A DNA stretch of 64,000 bases, from IMG/VR virus record IMGVR_UViG_3300001687_000017; one strand, 5' to 3'. The notes under the pieces were generated by a model that ran no database searches, was not told the origin of the DNA, and was given only the letters and a program-made list of their open reading frames with translations. This stretch comes from an uncultured virus (IMG/VR IMGVR_UViG_3300001687_000017) (lineage: Duplodnaviria > Heunggongvirae > Uroviricota > Caudoviricetes). The position numbers and the translations under genes were made by a program. Below, one piece after another: positions 37,221-47,259 of this stretch (its first letter is position 1; every line of letters starts with the position of its first letter).

Positions 37221-39536
37221 ATGGCAGCACCAGTACCAGCCGGAGCCGGACCGATTGGTGGAGCCACCGCCGGGCTGAGCGGCCTGGCCAGCGCCGCTAC
37301 CCAGGTCGGCCAGTCGGCCAATCAAGCACAGCAGGACATCGAGAGCCTCAATGCCTCGCTTTTTTCGCTTGGCAGGATTGCGGTCGCCGGAGGTCTCTTC
37401 AAGCTGGGCGAAGCGCTCGTGGGGTACGCCAAAGACTACCTGATTTTTGGCCAAAGACAGGCGCGGGCGCTCCAGGAACAGCTTGTTGAACAGCGGCAGC
37501 AGGCGGCGCTCATGGAGCTTCAAGCTCAGTCCGCCCGCGATATTTTGGAGGCCCTAAGCCAGCTTCCCGGCATTGGAGTCGAGCAAGTTGCCGCGCAGCA
37601 AGAGCTGGTACAGCAAGCCGAGCAGCTGGCGGAGAGCACGAGGAAGTCCGCTGAATTTGCTGAGTTCAAATTGGAGGCGCATCAGCGCCTGCGAGGCCCA
37701 CTGACCTTGCTCACCACTACGGCAGGAATCCTCCTCGGCACGTACAGGTCCTTGCTGGATTACGCCGTTGCGTTGAACAAGAGTCTGGAGCAGGCCAATA
37801 CCTCCTACCGGGTTCGCAATGAGATTCTCACGCGGGGCATGGAAGTCATGCGGCGGTCCGGCGTTGCCCAGGGCGAGGTCGCCGAGGCGGCGCGGGCCTT
37901 GGTCAATTACCGCCTGGAGGAGAGCGGCAGCCTCGGCACCAACCTGGATTTGATGACGAAGATGAACGTCGCCTTGGGCGTTCACTACGAGACCAGCGCC
38001 AAGGTCGCTACCGTTTACGAAAGAACGCTCGGGCGGGGCGTGCAGATGGTGGCTGACACCGTCGCCCGGATCGCCGCCAATACGGCCATCGCCGCCGAGA
38101 AGGCCGCCGATTACGCCTTCCACGTGGCCAGGGCAGTGCGGCTTCTTGGTCCGGGCATGCGGATGGAAAGCGAACGGATCACGGAAGTCATCGCGAACTT
38201 GGCTGGCCGCATTCAGGAGCTTGGCGGCGACTCCGAAACCGTCCTGAACCTGTTCCAGCAGATGACCTCTGGCACCGGCATGGGGCTTTGGCTCCGGGGT
38301 CGCGCCGGGGTCACCGCTGCCGAACTGGGCACAGCGGGCGGTGCTGAGGCGGGATTGAGGGGTGTGGCGCGGGCAATCCGCGAGCTGGTTACGGCGGACC
38401 CTGAGAGGCAGACCGAACTGTACCTGTTCCAGCTGACCGCTGCTGGCGAGGCGTTCGGCATGACCGCGCACCAAATTCGTGACTTGTTGGACGCAGTCGA
38501 TGCCTTAAACAAGCCGCTTTCGCAACAAGCCACGTTGGAGAAGGCGTTTCGGGAGCAGCAGGCGCAAACGGCCAAGTCCGTTGAGCAGCTTCGGAATGCC
38601 TGGAGAGCCCTGATCAATCAGGCTTTCATGCCAATCTATCCGGTTATCCGATCGATCATTGACGCCGTTACGGGCCTCCTGCGGGAGCTGACCGGCCATC
38701 CTGGAGCGCTCAAGCTTGCGATGGTGGGATTGACGGCAGCTGCCCTCGGAGCGGGCGTTGCCGTCGTTAATCTGACCAGGGCTCTCGTAGGCTTGATGAC
38801 CCAAACAACGTTCGGCCAAGGTGCTCTGGCAGCGGCTAGGGGAACTGTTGGAGGCCGCCTGGCTGTGGGCGGTCTTGGCTGGTTGGCCACCGCCATTCGG
38901 GTCTCTGCGCCGTACGTTTTGCCGCTGATCGGCGGGTATCTGATTGGCAGCATTTTTCGCGAGTCGCTTATCCAGTGGCCGATCTTCAAGCAGTTCGACA
39001 AGCTTACGGAACTCGTTGCGCGCTGGTATTACGGCTGGAAGGAAACCGCCACACCCAGCTATACCCCGACTCAAAGACTCGGAGCAAAAAGCGGTATTGG
39101 TCTCTTGACGGAGGCGGCGATGGCTGGAGTCAAAGGTGATGTCGAAGCTCTTCGGGCCAGGTATTACGAGGCGACGAAGATTGGCGTTGATCCGACCAAA
39201 GGCGCGGCTTGGATCGAAGCCGTCATGCCAAAAATGATGGCTGGGTATCAGCAACAGGAGCGCCTGAGTCGGCTGTCTCTGCCCAGCGCGGAGTCGGTCG
39301 CGGCTGAGAACCGCATCGTGGAAGGCTTCAAGCGGGCTTTGGCGGAAGTCGCTGGAGACGAACTGAAGAGCATTGGCGCACGAGGTCAAAAGAGCTTCGA
39401 GCTGAACCAGAAAATGTTGAGGTTACGGCAGGAGGGCGAGGGCCTGTACGACAAAGAGCTGTTTGAAAACACATTCAGGGAACTTGGCACGGGCGCTGGC
39501 GTAGGCTCATACTCAGTGCCCGGCTTTGGAATTTAG
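37221..39536 (+). CDS. tape measure protein (putative)
   Basis: 771-aa Ala/Gly/Leu-rich helical protein with hydrophobic segments, within the tail region. Confidence 0.75.
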   Translation: MAAPVPAGAGPIGGATAGLSGLASAATQVGQSANQAQQDIESLNASLFSLGRIAVAGGLFKLGEALVGYAKDYLIFGQRQARALQEQLVEQRQQAALMELQAQSARDILEALSQLPGIGVEQVAAQQELVQQAEQLAESTRKSAEFAEFKLEAHQRLRGPLTLLTTTAGILLGTYRSLLDYAVALNKSLEQANTSYRVRNEILTRGMEVMRRSGVAQGEVAEAARALVNYRLEESGSLGTNLDLMTKMNVALGVHYETSAKVATVYERTLGRGVQMVADTVARIAANTAIAAEKAADYAFHVARAVRLLGPGMRMESERITEVIANLAGRIQELGGDSETVLNLFQQMTSGTGMGLWLRGRAGVTAAELGTAGGAEAGLRGVARAIRELVTADPERQTELYLFQLTAAGEAFGMTAHQIRDLLDAVDALNKPLSQQATLEKAFREQQAQTAKSVEQLRNAWRALINQAFMPIYPVIRSIIDAVTGLLRELTGHPGALKLAMVGLTAAALGAGVAVVNLTRALVGLMTQTTFGQGALAAARGTVGGRLAVGGLGWLATAIRVSAPYVLPLIGGYLIGSIFRESLIQWPIFKQFDKLTELVARWYYGWKETATPSYTPTQRLGAKSGIGLLTEAAMAGVKGDVEALRARYYEATKIGVDPTKGAAWIEAVMPKMMAGYQQQERLSRLSLPSAESVAAENRIVEGFKRALAEVAGDELKSIGARGQKSFELNQKMLRLRQEGEGLYDKELFENTFRELGTGAGVGSYSVPGFGI

Positions 39537-39539
39537 CGT

Positions 39540-40349
39540 ATGCCGCAAAGTGTCAGACGCCAAAAGAGCTACCCGTACATCGGGCGCTTGATCGTCCTGG
39601 AGGGGCCGGGCGACAAGCCGCTTTTGGACGGCAACTACACTGGCGAGTACACGTCGGCGGTGCAGATCAATTTTCCGGCGATGCCGGACACCATCGAGCT
39701 GGCGCGCCGGGCCAATTACACGGTGCGCACGAGCCCGGCCTTCCCGGACGGCATCCACCAATACATGGGCACGGAGGTTCTGAACATTCCGATCAGCTTC
39801 GAGTTGCACCATGCCGATCGTGAGTACTGTCCAAAGGGTCCCTACACGCTGCTGCAACTTGCGGCGGAGCTGGAGTCCCTGATTCTGCCGTTCGGTAGCG
39901 ACGCGATCCAGACCGAGGTTGGCGAAACCTTCCAGTCCGAAAGGACCAACGCCGCCGTTAATCAGAGTGCGGCCCAACCCACTCAGGAACTGGGTGGCAA
40001 CGTTATCAACGGCGAGTCGCTGTACCCGCCGCCGGTTTGCTACCTCCAGCTCATGCTGACCGAGTCGACGGGGCCGGGCATCGCCTGTCGCGGCTACGTT
40101 AACGACATCAATGTCAAGCTTCACGGACCTTACATGCGCGGGCCGGGGATGGCGTTCAATTTGCCCACCAAAGGCACGTTCAGCTTCACCTTCGTTCACA
40201 ATCCCGGCCACCAGAACGCCTTTCCGGCGTCCCGTTACAGCACGGTCTCAGTCAAGCAGGCGTACGCGCAGACGGTGCGCCGGAGGCTCTTCAACACGGT
40301 CGGGATTCAGAATCCTGCGAACTACAAGGGCTTCAACGAAAGCCCTTAG
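39540..40349 (+). CDS. putative baseplate/tail-tube initiator protein
   Basis: FPAMPDTI....ANY, YMGT....I..SFELH, PPPVCYL, CRGYVNDINV...GP; follows the tape measure gene. Confidence 0.6.
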   Translation: MPQSVRRQKSYPYIGRLIVLEGPGDKPLLDGNYTGEYTSAVQINFPAMPDTIELARRANYTVRTSPAFPDGIHQYMGTEVLNIPISFELHHADREYCPKGPYTLLQLAAELESLILPFGSDAIQTEVGETFQSERTNAAVNQSAAQPTQELGGNVINGESLYPPPVCYLQLMLTESTGPGIACRGYVNDINVKLHGPYMRGPGMAFNLPTKGTFSFTFVHNPGHQNAFPASRYSTVSVKQAYAQTVRRRLFNTVGIQNPANYKGFNESP

Positions 40350-42292
40350 CGCTCCCATCGGTAGGTCGTGCCGTCTTTACCCTTCGTGGCCACAAGAATG
40401 TGGTCGGCGTAGCTCGCGGCTTCGGGGTTGTGCGTCACCAGGAAGATGACGGTTCCCGTGCGGTTTGCTGTTTCCCGGAGGTAGCTGAAGATGGCCCGCC
40501 GGACCACGTCGTCGTGGTTGGCCCCAACCTCATCGTACCACCGATAGCCGATCCTGGAGGCCGTGTTGCCGACCTCGGCCAGAGTCTCCGCCACGATCAG
40601 GTTGATGAGGCTGGCCTCGCCCTTACTGCTGCCCTCGGCTCGGCGGCAGCCTAGCTTGTTGGTCACACTGATAACCAGTTCGGCTTTTTCCTTGCCCGAA
40701 GCCAAGGCTCGGGTCGTCGAGTACCCGACTTGAAGCAGGCCGCCGGTCATCGCGTTGCTGATCCGCCTGGCAGTCTCGTTGAGCGGCCCGATAGCGTCCC
40801 GGAGGATCATGTTTGGAATGCCGGTCGGCCCGAAAGCTTCTTGCCAGTAACCGACGACGCCCACCAGCTGTTCGGACTCGGTGACCTGCTGGGCGATCTT
40901 CTGGACGGCCTGTTCTGCTTTGGCTTTCGCCTCGATCTTCTCGCTCAAAACTGCCTTGGCCTTTTCGACTGCCGAGTCGCTGATGGGAGCCTCCGCCGTG
41001 GCCAGGTCGCGGGTCGCCGCCACCATCTCGTTGTGGGACCGCCGCTGGGCGTTTTCGAGGTCCTCGTAATCCTCGCTGAGCTGGGTAACGGGAGCTTGGT
41101 CACGGAGCGTCTCCCAGCGCTCTTCAGATTCGTTTACGGATTTCTCCGCCGAGGCTTTTGTCGTATCCTCGAAGTCCTTGGCTTTCGACCTAGCCGCTTC
41201 GAGCTTCTTCGTTGCCTTCTCAACGGCTGCTTCCTGGGCGGTGATGGCTTTTGAGCTGTGACCCTTGTCCCAGGGCTTGCCGCAGGTCGGACAGTTTTTG
41301 GGCGTGTCCTGCATTTCCCGAAGCTTTCGCTCCTCAGTGTCCAGCGCCTGGCGAGCGAGCTTTCGGTCGGCCATCAGTTCGGCGAACTTGGCCTCGGCCT
41401 GCCGGAGCGCTTCGCGGCGTTCGCGGACTTCTGTTTCCAGCTTCTTTTCGGCGTCCGCGTTTTTGGCGGTGTTGACCTCAATCTGCTTTTTGAGCTTGGC
41501 CATCTGGCCGTCGCGCTTTTCGGCTTCGGCCTTGATCCGGGCGACGCGATCCTTGGCGGCTTTGACCCTGGCTTTCTGCTCAGCGAGCGCAGTTTCGTAA
41601 ACGGTCTCGGCTCTCTCCACGGCCTGGGTGGCGGTTTGGACGTTGTAGTCGGCGGTCTCCAATTCGGCGTGCTTGCGTTCCAGGTCCTCCCGGTCGGAGC
41701 TTAGCTCCCTTTTGCATTGGGTAAGGCGGCTGGTGAGTTTCTGGTGGTATTGCGTCCACGGTGGCTGCATCAGGGCGGTCATGAGCAGCTCAACCGCGCT
41801 TTTCTGGCCGAGATTGCCGAATTTGAGTTGGTCGCCGTCCAGGTGAACGGTCCACCCCGCAAGGTCAGTTGAGACAGTCAGCAGCCTTTCGAGGTCGGTC
41901 CTGGTGCTGTTGATGCGGTCGCGCCAGACCTGCTCGCCGTCGTAGGTGAACCGGAGTGCCTCGCCGGTCGGGCTCAAGCTGGGGTCTTTGTAGCCCATCT
42001 CCACAAGCAACGGCTTTTTGGCGTGGATACATTCCAGGGAAACCAAGGTGTCGCCCTTGTCATCCCGGCTGTAATGGCCAAGATGGGCAAAGCGGCCAGG
42101 CACGCCGAGCAGGCATCGACTGATGGCTTCGCCCAATGCGGTTTTCCCCGCCCCGATGGACTTGAATCGCCCGTGGGCCGCGACGTTGGAACCTTGCACC
42201 AAAACCAGCCCGCGATCGGGGAACTGAAGCGCGGCCTCTTGGACTGTTTGCCAATTTCGGATCGTGATGGCCTTCAGCTTAGTCTGCGGCAT
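40346..42292 (-). CDS. gp46: SbcC/Rad50/gp46-like ABC ATPase
   Basis: ITIRNW, GAGKT, zinc hook CPTCG, signature SKGE, Walker B WYDEV, VTH. Start at ATG 42292. Confidence 0.92.
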   Translation of the reverse strand: MPQTKLKAITIRNWQTVQEAALQFPDRGLVLVQGSNVAAHGRFKSIGAGKTALGEAISRCLLGVPGRFAHLGHYSRDDKGDTLVSLECIHAKKPLLVEMGYKDPSLSPTGEALRFTYDGEQVWRDRINSTRTDLERLLTVSTDLAGWTVHLDGDQLKFGNLGQKSAVELLMTALMQPPWTQYHQKLTSRLTQCKRELSSDREDLERKHAELETADYNVQTATQAVERAETVYETALAEQKARVKAAKDRVARIKAEAEKRDGQMAKLKKQIEVNTAKNADAEKKLETEVRERREALRQAEAKFAELMADRKLARQALDTEERKLREMQDTPKNCPTCGKPWDKGHSSKAITAQEAAVEKATKKLEAARSKAKDFEDTTKASAEKSVNESEERWETLRDQAPVTQLSEDYEDLENAQRRSHNEMVAATRDLATAEAPISDSAVEKAKAVLSEKIEAKAKAEQAVQKIAQQVTESEQLVGVVGYWQEAFGPTGIPNMILRDAIGPLNETARRISNAMTGGLLQVGYSTTRALASGKEKAELVISVTNKLGCRRAEGSSKGEASLINLIVAETLAEVGNTASRIGYRWYDEVGANHDDVVRRAIFSYLRETANRTGTVIFLVTHNPEAASYADHILVATKGKDGTTYRWER

Positions 42293-42316
42293 ACTGCGTA
42301 GAACGTAGTTAAGGCG

Positions 42317-43072
42317 ATGCGCGAAGCGGTTTTGCTTGCCAACATGCTCCTGGAGGCCAAGGCGGCGATGGTCCTGTACGGGCCGAAGCTGCCTGAGAAC
42401 GGTCTTTACTTCCACGCCGACAGCGACCAGGCGCTTTCGGACAAAATGACGGCCTCGCTGCGCCCGCTCGTCCGGGGCCTGCCCGAAAAGGCTGACTTGG
42501 ACACGCTCTTGCGGGTCCTGCAACAGTCTGGTTATCAGGCGATTTCCCGTGGCGTGGCCGGAGCAAAGGCAAAGCGGACCACGGCGCGAACTTACGGCCA
42601 GGGCATGCAGGTGACGCCGCGCTCCGCTCAATTGCTTGGGATCAAATCAGCCAGCGCAGTCCGATCCGTAAGCGATCCGTTCGGTCGCGCTGAGAAGACA
42701 ACCGCAGGCCGCGTGCTTAAAGGCGCGGTCGCGGGCGAGAAGCCGGGGCGCAGACTGGTTCCAGGTTACGTCGGGTTTACGGCGATGACCAATCAAGGTC
42801 CCACGCCGGGAATTCGCATCAGCGACGTGGAGGCCAACAGCCCGGCCCGTGACGGCAGGATTCGCCGGGGCGACATTATCACCGCCGGTCGAACCACAGA
42901 AGCGGGAAAAGCCAGTGCCTGGCAGGATATTCGCAGCATGGACGGCTACATGCGTTTCATCAGAACCTGGAAGGCAGGCCAGGGTGTTCAGTTCAAGTAC
43001 GCACGCGGGGACCGGGACGGAGAAACCCAGGTCATCTACCCCGTGCCGCCGGAAAGGGGTCAGACGTTGTAG
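42317..43072 (+). CDS. late protein with C-terminal PDZ-like domain
   Basis: GYVGF...GIRISDVEANSPARDGRIRRGDIIT...GQGVQFKYARG; TAGTTAAG upstream. Confidence 0.8.
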   Translation: MREAVLLANMLLEAKAAMVLYGPKLPENGLYFHADSDQALSDKMTASLRPLVRGLPEKADLDTLLRVLQQSGYQAISRGVAGAKAKRTTARTYGQGMQVTPRSAQLLGIKSASAVRSVSDPFGRAEKTTAGRVLKGAVAGEKPGRRLVPGYVGFTAMTNQGPTPGIRISDVEANSPARDGRIRRGDIITAGRTTEAGKASAWQDIRSMDGYMRFIRTWKAGQGVQFKYARGDRDGETQVIYPVPPERGQTL

Positions 43073-43075
43073 GCC

Positions 43076-44242
43076 ATGTACCTCTACCTTTCCGAAAGAC
43101 TCACGTTTGATCAGTTGTTTCGGGCCTCGGAGCCCAAGCGGATCAAGCGCAGCAGCACGGTCCGGGGACCGCCGCTCCAGATCACCGCCTACAGCGATCA
43201 GGTCTGGCATTCCTTCAATTTCAAGGCACACCCCAGCACAACCGGGCTGCGGCATCACGGCTACATTCGCTTTTACCGGCCACGGCAGGGGCAGTCGATG
43301 CCACTTCAGCACGTGCCGTGTATGGTGGATTGCACGTGCCCGGATTTCCGGTACCGCTGGGCGTGGGTTTTGAAACAGCGGAAAAGCTCGATGGTGGGAA
43401 CCACGAGCATGAACCAGGCGCTGAATCTTCCGCCGGACAAAACCAATCCAAGGCGGCGAATCGGATTGTGTAAACATATTCTCGCCGCCCGCGATTACAT
43501 CTACGGCATGCTTTCCGCGTTTCCCGGCGGTGAGAAAGACCCAGGCGAGACGCTGGTTCAATTGGTTCGCTACGGCCAGGGCCGGTGGGAGGACTTCCCC
43601 GCGCAGACCGCTCGCGCCAAGGAGCGTGAGGCATGGTTCAAGGCTGCCAAGCAGGCAAGAAATGCAGGGCTTCCCGTCCCGCCAGGCCCGCCAGAGCCTT
43701 ATCGAATGCGCCTGGGGCCTGGAATTCTACCGGCAGCTGGAGAGGAAAACCCACCGGCACCGGAGAAAATTCCTGAACCCAAGAAAGGCGGCCCGGTGCT
43801 GCCCAAGCGGGGCAGGCCAACAACGGAACCGGGGCGAGCACGCGCCGAGCGACCAAAGCGTCCGGGTCGTCCAGGCCGTCCGGCCCGAGGAGAAAGTCGT
43901 GAAGTAGACTCGGCAAGTGTAGATAGAATGAACGGACCAAATTTGACGCGTATGAAACTGACTGAGGCCATCAAGATCGTCGAGGATGCCGCTGTGGATT
44001 TGCCACCGAGCGAGCCGCCCGTGAGCGATACCGCCGTTGGAGCCGACACGCAAGGCAACGTCGTCGTTCAGCTGCTGACCGACATCAAGGACTTGATGGG
44101 CCAGCTGGTCGACCTCGAAGCGGGCGAGGAAGCGGCTGAAGGTGGAGAGGACCTGGAGACCGCTGTCGAGGTTCCCGAACCCGATGTCGAAGGCGAAGAG
44201 GATTTGGCGGCACCTGCTGCCCGCCCTATGCCGCCCGAATAA
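43076..44242 (+). CDS. SWIM zinc-finger-like protein
   Basis: VDCTCPDFRYRW...GLCKHILA; Pro-rich then acidic tail. Confidence 0.8.
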   Translation: MYLYLSERLTFDQLFRASEPKRIKRSSTVRGPPLQITAYSDQVWHSFNFKAHPSTTGLRHHGYIRFYRPRQGQSMPLQHVPCMVDCTCPDFRYRWAWVLKQRKSSMVGTTSMNQALNLPPDKTNPRRRIGLCKHILAARDYIYGMLSAFPGGEKDPGETLVQLVRYGQGRWEDFPAQTARAKEREAWFKAAKQARNAGLPVPPGPPEPYRMRLGPGILPAAGEENPPAPEKIPEPKKGGPVLPKRGRPTTEPGRARAERPKRPGRPGRPARGESREVDSASVDRMNGPNLTRMKLTEAIKIVEDAAVDLPPSEPPVSDTAVGADTQGNVVVQLLTDIKDLMGQLVDLEAGEEAAEGGEDLETAVEVPEPDVEGEEDLAAPAARPMPPE

Positions 44243-44269
44243 CCGGACGTAAACGAAGCTGAACTTGTT

Positions 44270-44719
44270 ATGATCTACCCTGGCGAATACCCGCAGCCGT
44301 TGCTGCGCACGACCAATGTCAAGTGCCCCGTCGTGGCGGGTTACGTCACGGCGCGTCTTCAGGTTCAGGGCGCTCCGGGCACGATTGCAGTATCTGGCTA
44401 TGCGGACAACACAGTGATGGTACTGGCGCAGTCCGCTGGCTCAAACTGTCAGTTCCGACTTCAGCAGACCAACGACTACACTTCGGGACCGTGGGAATGG
44501 CTTGGTGTGGCCCAGGCTCTCGTTCCAGGCGGACAAAAGACCTATACGGTCACCCCGAGGCAGAAGTACATTGAGGTCAAGGGCCTGGCTGGAACGGGAG
44601 CTGTGAACTTCCAGCTCAGCAGCCGCTTGAAATGGGATGTTCTTGGCTTCGACAAGACCGATCCGTTCTATCCGCCATTCCTCTGGAACGCGAAGACCCC
44701 GACTACGTCTGCGGTTTAA
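44270..44719 (+). CDS. putative small virion beta-protein
   Basis: Resembles 52541-52894. Confidence 0.65.
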   Translation: MIYPGEYPQPLLRTTNVKCPVVAGYVTARLQVQGAPGTIAVSGYADNTVMVLAQSAGSNCQFRLQQTNDYTSGPWEWLGVAQALVPGGQKTYTVTPRQKYIEVKGLAGTGAVNFQLSSRLKWDVLGFDKTDPFYPPFLWNAKTPTTSAV

Positions 44720-46025
44720 TGGCCTTGTTCGGGTCCTGGACCGTGAGGTAAACCCCACCGGTAAGGCTGCGGCCTTTGCTCCGAGTCAATGCGGAGTCTT
44801 GCGCGGCCTTCAGATTCAGCGGAACGCCCTGAGCTTTCTGTTCGCTTTGGAGGGCTTGTACACCCAGGGAGGCTAGCTCCGGCGCTACGCTGGGCTTGCT
44901 GTTGAACTCGCCCCGGCGCAAAATGTAAACGGAATAGATTGCGCCACGCCGAATCAGATGTTCCGCTTGGGTCACCAGGTAAACGCCGCCCCAGGTGCTG
45001 GAAACTTGCTCCTTGGGATTGATCGTGACCCGCAGGAAATCTCCGGCCCGAACTGGCGGCAGTTTCTCCACTGATAGCTTTATCTCGAAACACTCCATCC
45101 TGGAGGCTTCGTAGGCGTTCTGCGCGAAATTCTCCGGCTCCTCGGGCCGGTTGGCTCCCAGGTGCCACATGATGTTGCGCTGGCCGCCCGCGATCCGGTC
45201 AATGCGATGAACGTTGTCGGCCAGGCGAAGGGCAAGGTCCGGGTCGCTGTTGATTTCCTTCTGAACTCCGCTGTAGGGATCGTACATGACCAGCCGCGTT
45301 CCAGCCGCCCCGGTGTTGACCTGATGCTGGCTGCGGTCGATCTGAACCAGCTTCATGCCGCCGCTGGAATTGTAAACGATGTCCAGCAAGCTGGCCTGGT
45401 ACTCAGGGCTGTGAAAATGTACGACGTTGTCCCGAGCGAAGAACAAATAGTTTCCCCGGCCTTTGGCGCTGCGGGCCATGCGCACCAGGCGCTCCCGGAT
45501 AAAGTCGTGGTCGGACTGGTAGCTTTGAATCCAAAGTCCGTCGCCCGTGGTCGGCTCAACCACCGCGTCCTGGTCGCCCAGCATGCGCTGAACAATCTGG
45601 CTGACAGTGCCCCGGTGGGCCACGGTTTTGTTGCCTCTGTCCGCCAGCCCCAGGATGCCCTTGGTCTCGATAACAATGAAATGGCCTGCGCCCGAACCGA
45701 TACCCTCCTGCTTGGCGCGAAAAGTGTAAACGAAATGAAGCTGCCAGGGCAGCCAGCGAACATCGTCGCCCGATCCGAAGCCCAGTCTCCACCGAATCAA
45801 GGGCGTTCCGTTGGCCTGGTTCAGAGCCAGGACGGCGTCCACGTAATCCGGGGTTGACGTGCGCAGTGTGAACTTCGTGACCGCCTCGTCGTGGACGCTT
45901 TCGTGGATCGTCGCGTCCTCCAGCCGGACGACGTTGGCGTACAGGGGAAAAGTGCGCGTTTCGATCTTCAGCTCGAACTGGAGCTGGGCGTATCCCTCTA
46001 GCGGTTGTGAGATGTCGACCGGCAC
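44703..46025 (-). CDS. baseplate hub / late control D (gp27-like) protein
   Basis: GTVSQIV, WIQSYQSDHDFI, YLFF...VHFH, GVYLVTQAEHLI; TAGTTAAG 2 nt upstream of the GTG start. Confidence 0.75.
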   Translation of the reverse strand: MPVDISQPLEGYAQLQFELKIETRTFPLYANVVRLEDATIHESVHDEAVTKFTLRTSTPDYVDAVLALNQANGTPLIRWRLGFGSGDDVRWLPWQLHFVYTFRAKQEGIGSGAGHFIVIETKGILGLADRGNKTVAHRGTVSQIVQRMLGDQDAVVEPTTGDGLWIQSYQSDHDFIRERLVRMARSAKGRGNYLFFARDNVVHFHSPEYQASLLDIVYNSSGGMKLVQIDRSQHQVNTGAAGTRLVMYDPYSGVQKEINSDPDLALRLADNVHRIDRIAGGQRNIMWHLGANRPEEPENFAQNAYEASRMECFEIKLSVEKLPPVRAGDFLRVTINPKEQVSSTWGGVYLVTQAEHLIRRGAIYSVYILRRGEFNSKPSVAPELASLGVQALQSEQKAQGVPLNLKAAQDSALTRSKGRSLTGGVYLTVQDPNKAIKPQT

Positions 46026-46035
46026 AACTTAACTA

Positions 46036-46335
46036 TCAAACCTCGTCGACGGCGGCAAAGTAGCGCTCCAGAGCGTCTTCCACGGCCTGTTCCAGAACCA
46101 CGCTATGAAGCTCGATTGCGCAGTCTTCCGGCTCATCGAGGGCCTCGTGGAGCTGCCGGACGGTTTGCGGCGTGTCCAGGAGCAATTCACACTGGCGGGG
46201 ATTGAGCAAAATCCCCTCAGCGTCTTCCGCCAGATAGACTTTCATCCAGCTGTCCTCCAGGGTCACCACGCTGGAGTCGAGCGTCTCGGACTCCAGGTCA
46301 TCCAGTAGTTGGATCAGTGCGCTGGGCTTCTTCAT
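46036..46335 (-). CDS. hypothetical acidic protein
   Basis: ATG at 46335 (MKKPSALIQLLDDLE). Confidence 0.6.
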   Translation of the reverse strand: MKKPSALIQLLDDLESETLDSSVVTLEDSWMKVYLAEDAEGILLNPRQCELLLDTPQTVRQLHEALDEPEDCAIELHSVVLEQAVEDALERYFAAVDEV

Positions 46336-46354
46336 CTTGTTGTAGTTACCTTGA

Positions 46355-46906
46355 ATGCTTTTTACTGAGCGAAAAGAGTTCCTGTACGATCCGGCGCTGT
46401 TCAGGCGGGCGGACACTCAGACGGCCCTGAAATTCCACAGGGAACACACTGTCGCTTTTGCGCCACGGCCTTATCCCAAGTTTTTCGAGGCGGACCATCG
46501 GTCTCAAAAGATCGACCATCTCTGGCACATGCCATTGGACAACAGAACGGTTTTCAGCCGAGTCCTGGATATTCCGTGCCTGAATAGCCACGAGCGGCCT
46601 CGGTGGAGCCAAACCAAAGTCGGCCTCTACGCACAGAGAAACGACCGTTTCACGCTGTCCAACCTGATCCTCCAGGAGCTGGACTATTTCCCGGAGCGCG
46701 GGGACCAGGTTTATTACAACGGTTACCGGTACATGATCGTGGACGTGGTACTGGAGCCCCAGGGCTATTGGCAGCAGACCAACGTCTGGCTGGGCCTGGC
46801 CGTTGTCTGCATCATCCCGCCGGATGGGGATGCCCGCCCAGTGACCAATCCCGGCGAAGCCGTGCCCTCTGAGCTGTATCAAACCCGGCCATTGCCTGAA
46901 GCCTGA
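46355..46906 (+). CDS. head closure / neck protein (gp14-like, putative)
   Basis: IDHLW.....F, FPERGDQVYYNGYRYMI..V; late motif upstream. Confidence 0.55.
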   Translation: MLFTERKEFLYDPALFRRADTQTALKFHREHTVAFAPRPYPKFFEADHRSQKIDHLWHMPLDNRTVFSRVLDIPCLNSHERPRWSQTKVGLYAQRNDRFTLSNLILQELDYFPERGDQVYYNGYRYMIVDVVLEPQGYWQQTNVWLGLAVVCIIPPDGDARPVTNPGEAVPSELYQTRPLPEA

Positions 46907-47244
46907 TGTGGGAAAACTTGATCACCGATGAGGTCAGCCGGGCCGGAACTTCCGTTCTTGGAGATGCCTTGACGCCACCGGCTCGGGAGGCCGTGGCCCG
47001 CAATCTCTATGACTGGCTGGTCCGGGCACCGAAGGCCAGCGTCGACAACTTGGAGGCCAGGCTGGAGCAAATGCGTAAACGAATTGACGCAATGACCGCT
47101 GGCTTGGTTGTCGGTTTGGACAACGGCGAACTCGTAGTTACTGCGACGGGCGACGCCGAGACGGTGTTGCGAATGTTTGAGCTGGGGACGGACTGGTTTC
47201 CGCCAGCTCCTGTAGAAGACATGATCTTTGCCGTGCTGGCGTAA
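46906..47244 (+). CDS. hypothetical protein (possible neck component)
   Basis: TGATG coupling; FELGT.WFPP. Confidence 0.6.
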   Translation: MWENLITDEVSRAGTSVLGDALTPPAREAVARNLYDWLVRAPKASVDNLEARLEQMRKRIDAMTAGLVVGLDNGELVVTATGDAETVLRMFELGTDWFPPAPVEDMIFAVLA

Positions 47245-47259
47245 CGTAATTAAGAGCGT

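Noticed and set aside
42293..42631. N-terminal extension of gp46 in the ORF track (similar extensions at 8305-8430, 19350-19652 and 55750-55821)
   Set aside because: These overlap neighbouring real genes; family similarity and upstream motifs place the starts downstream.
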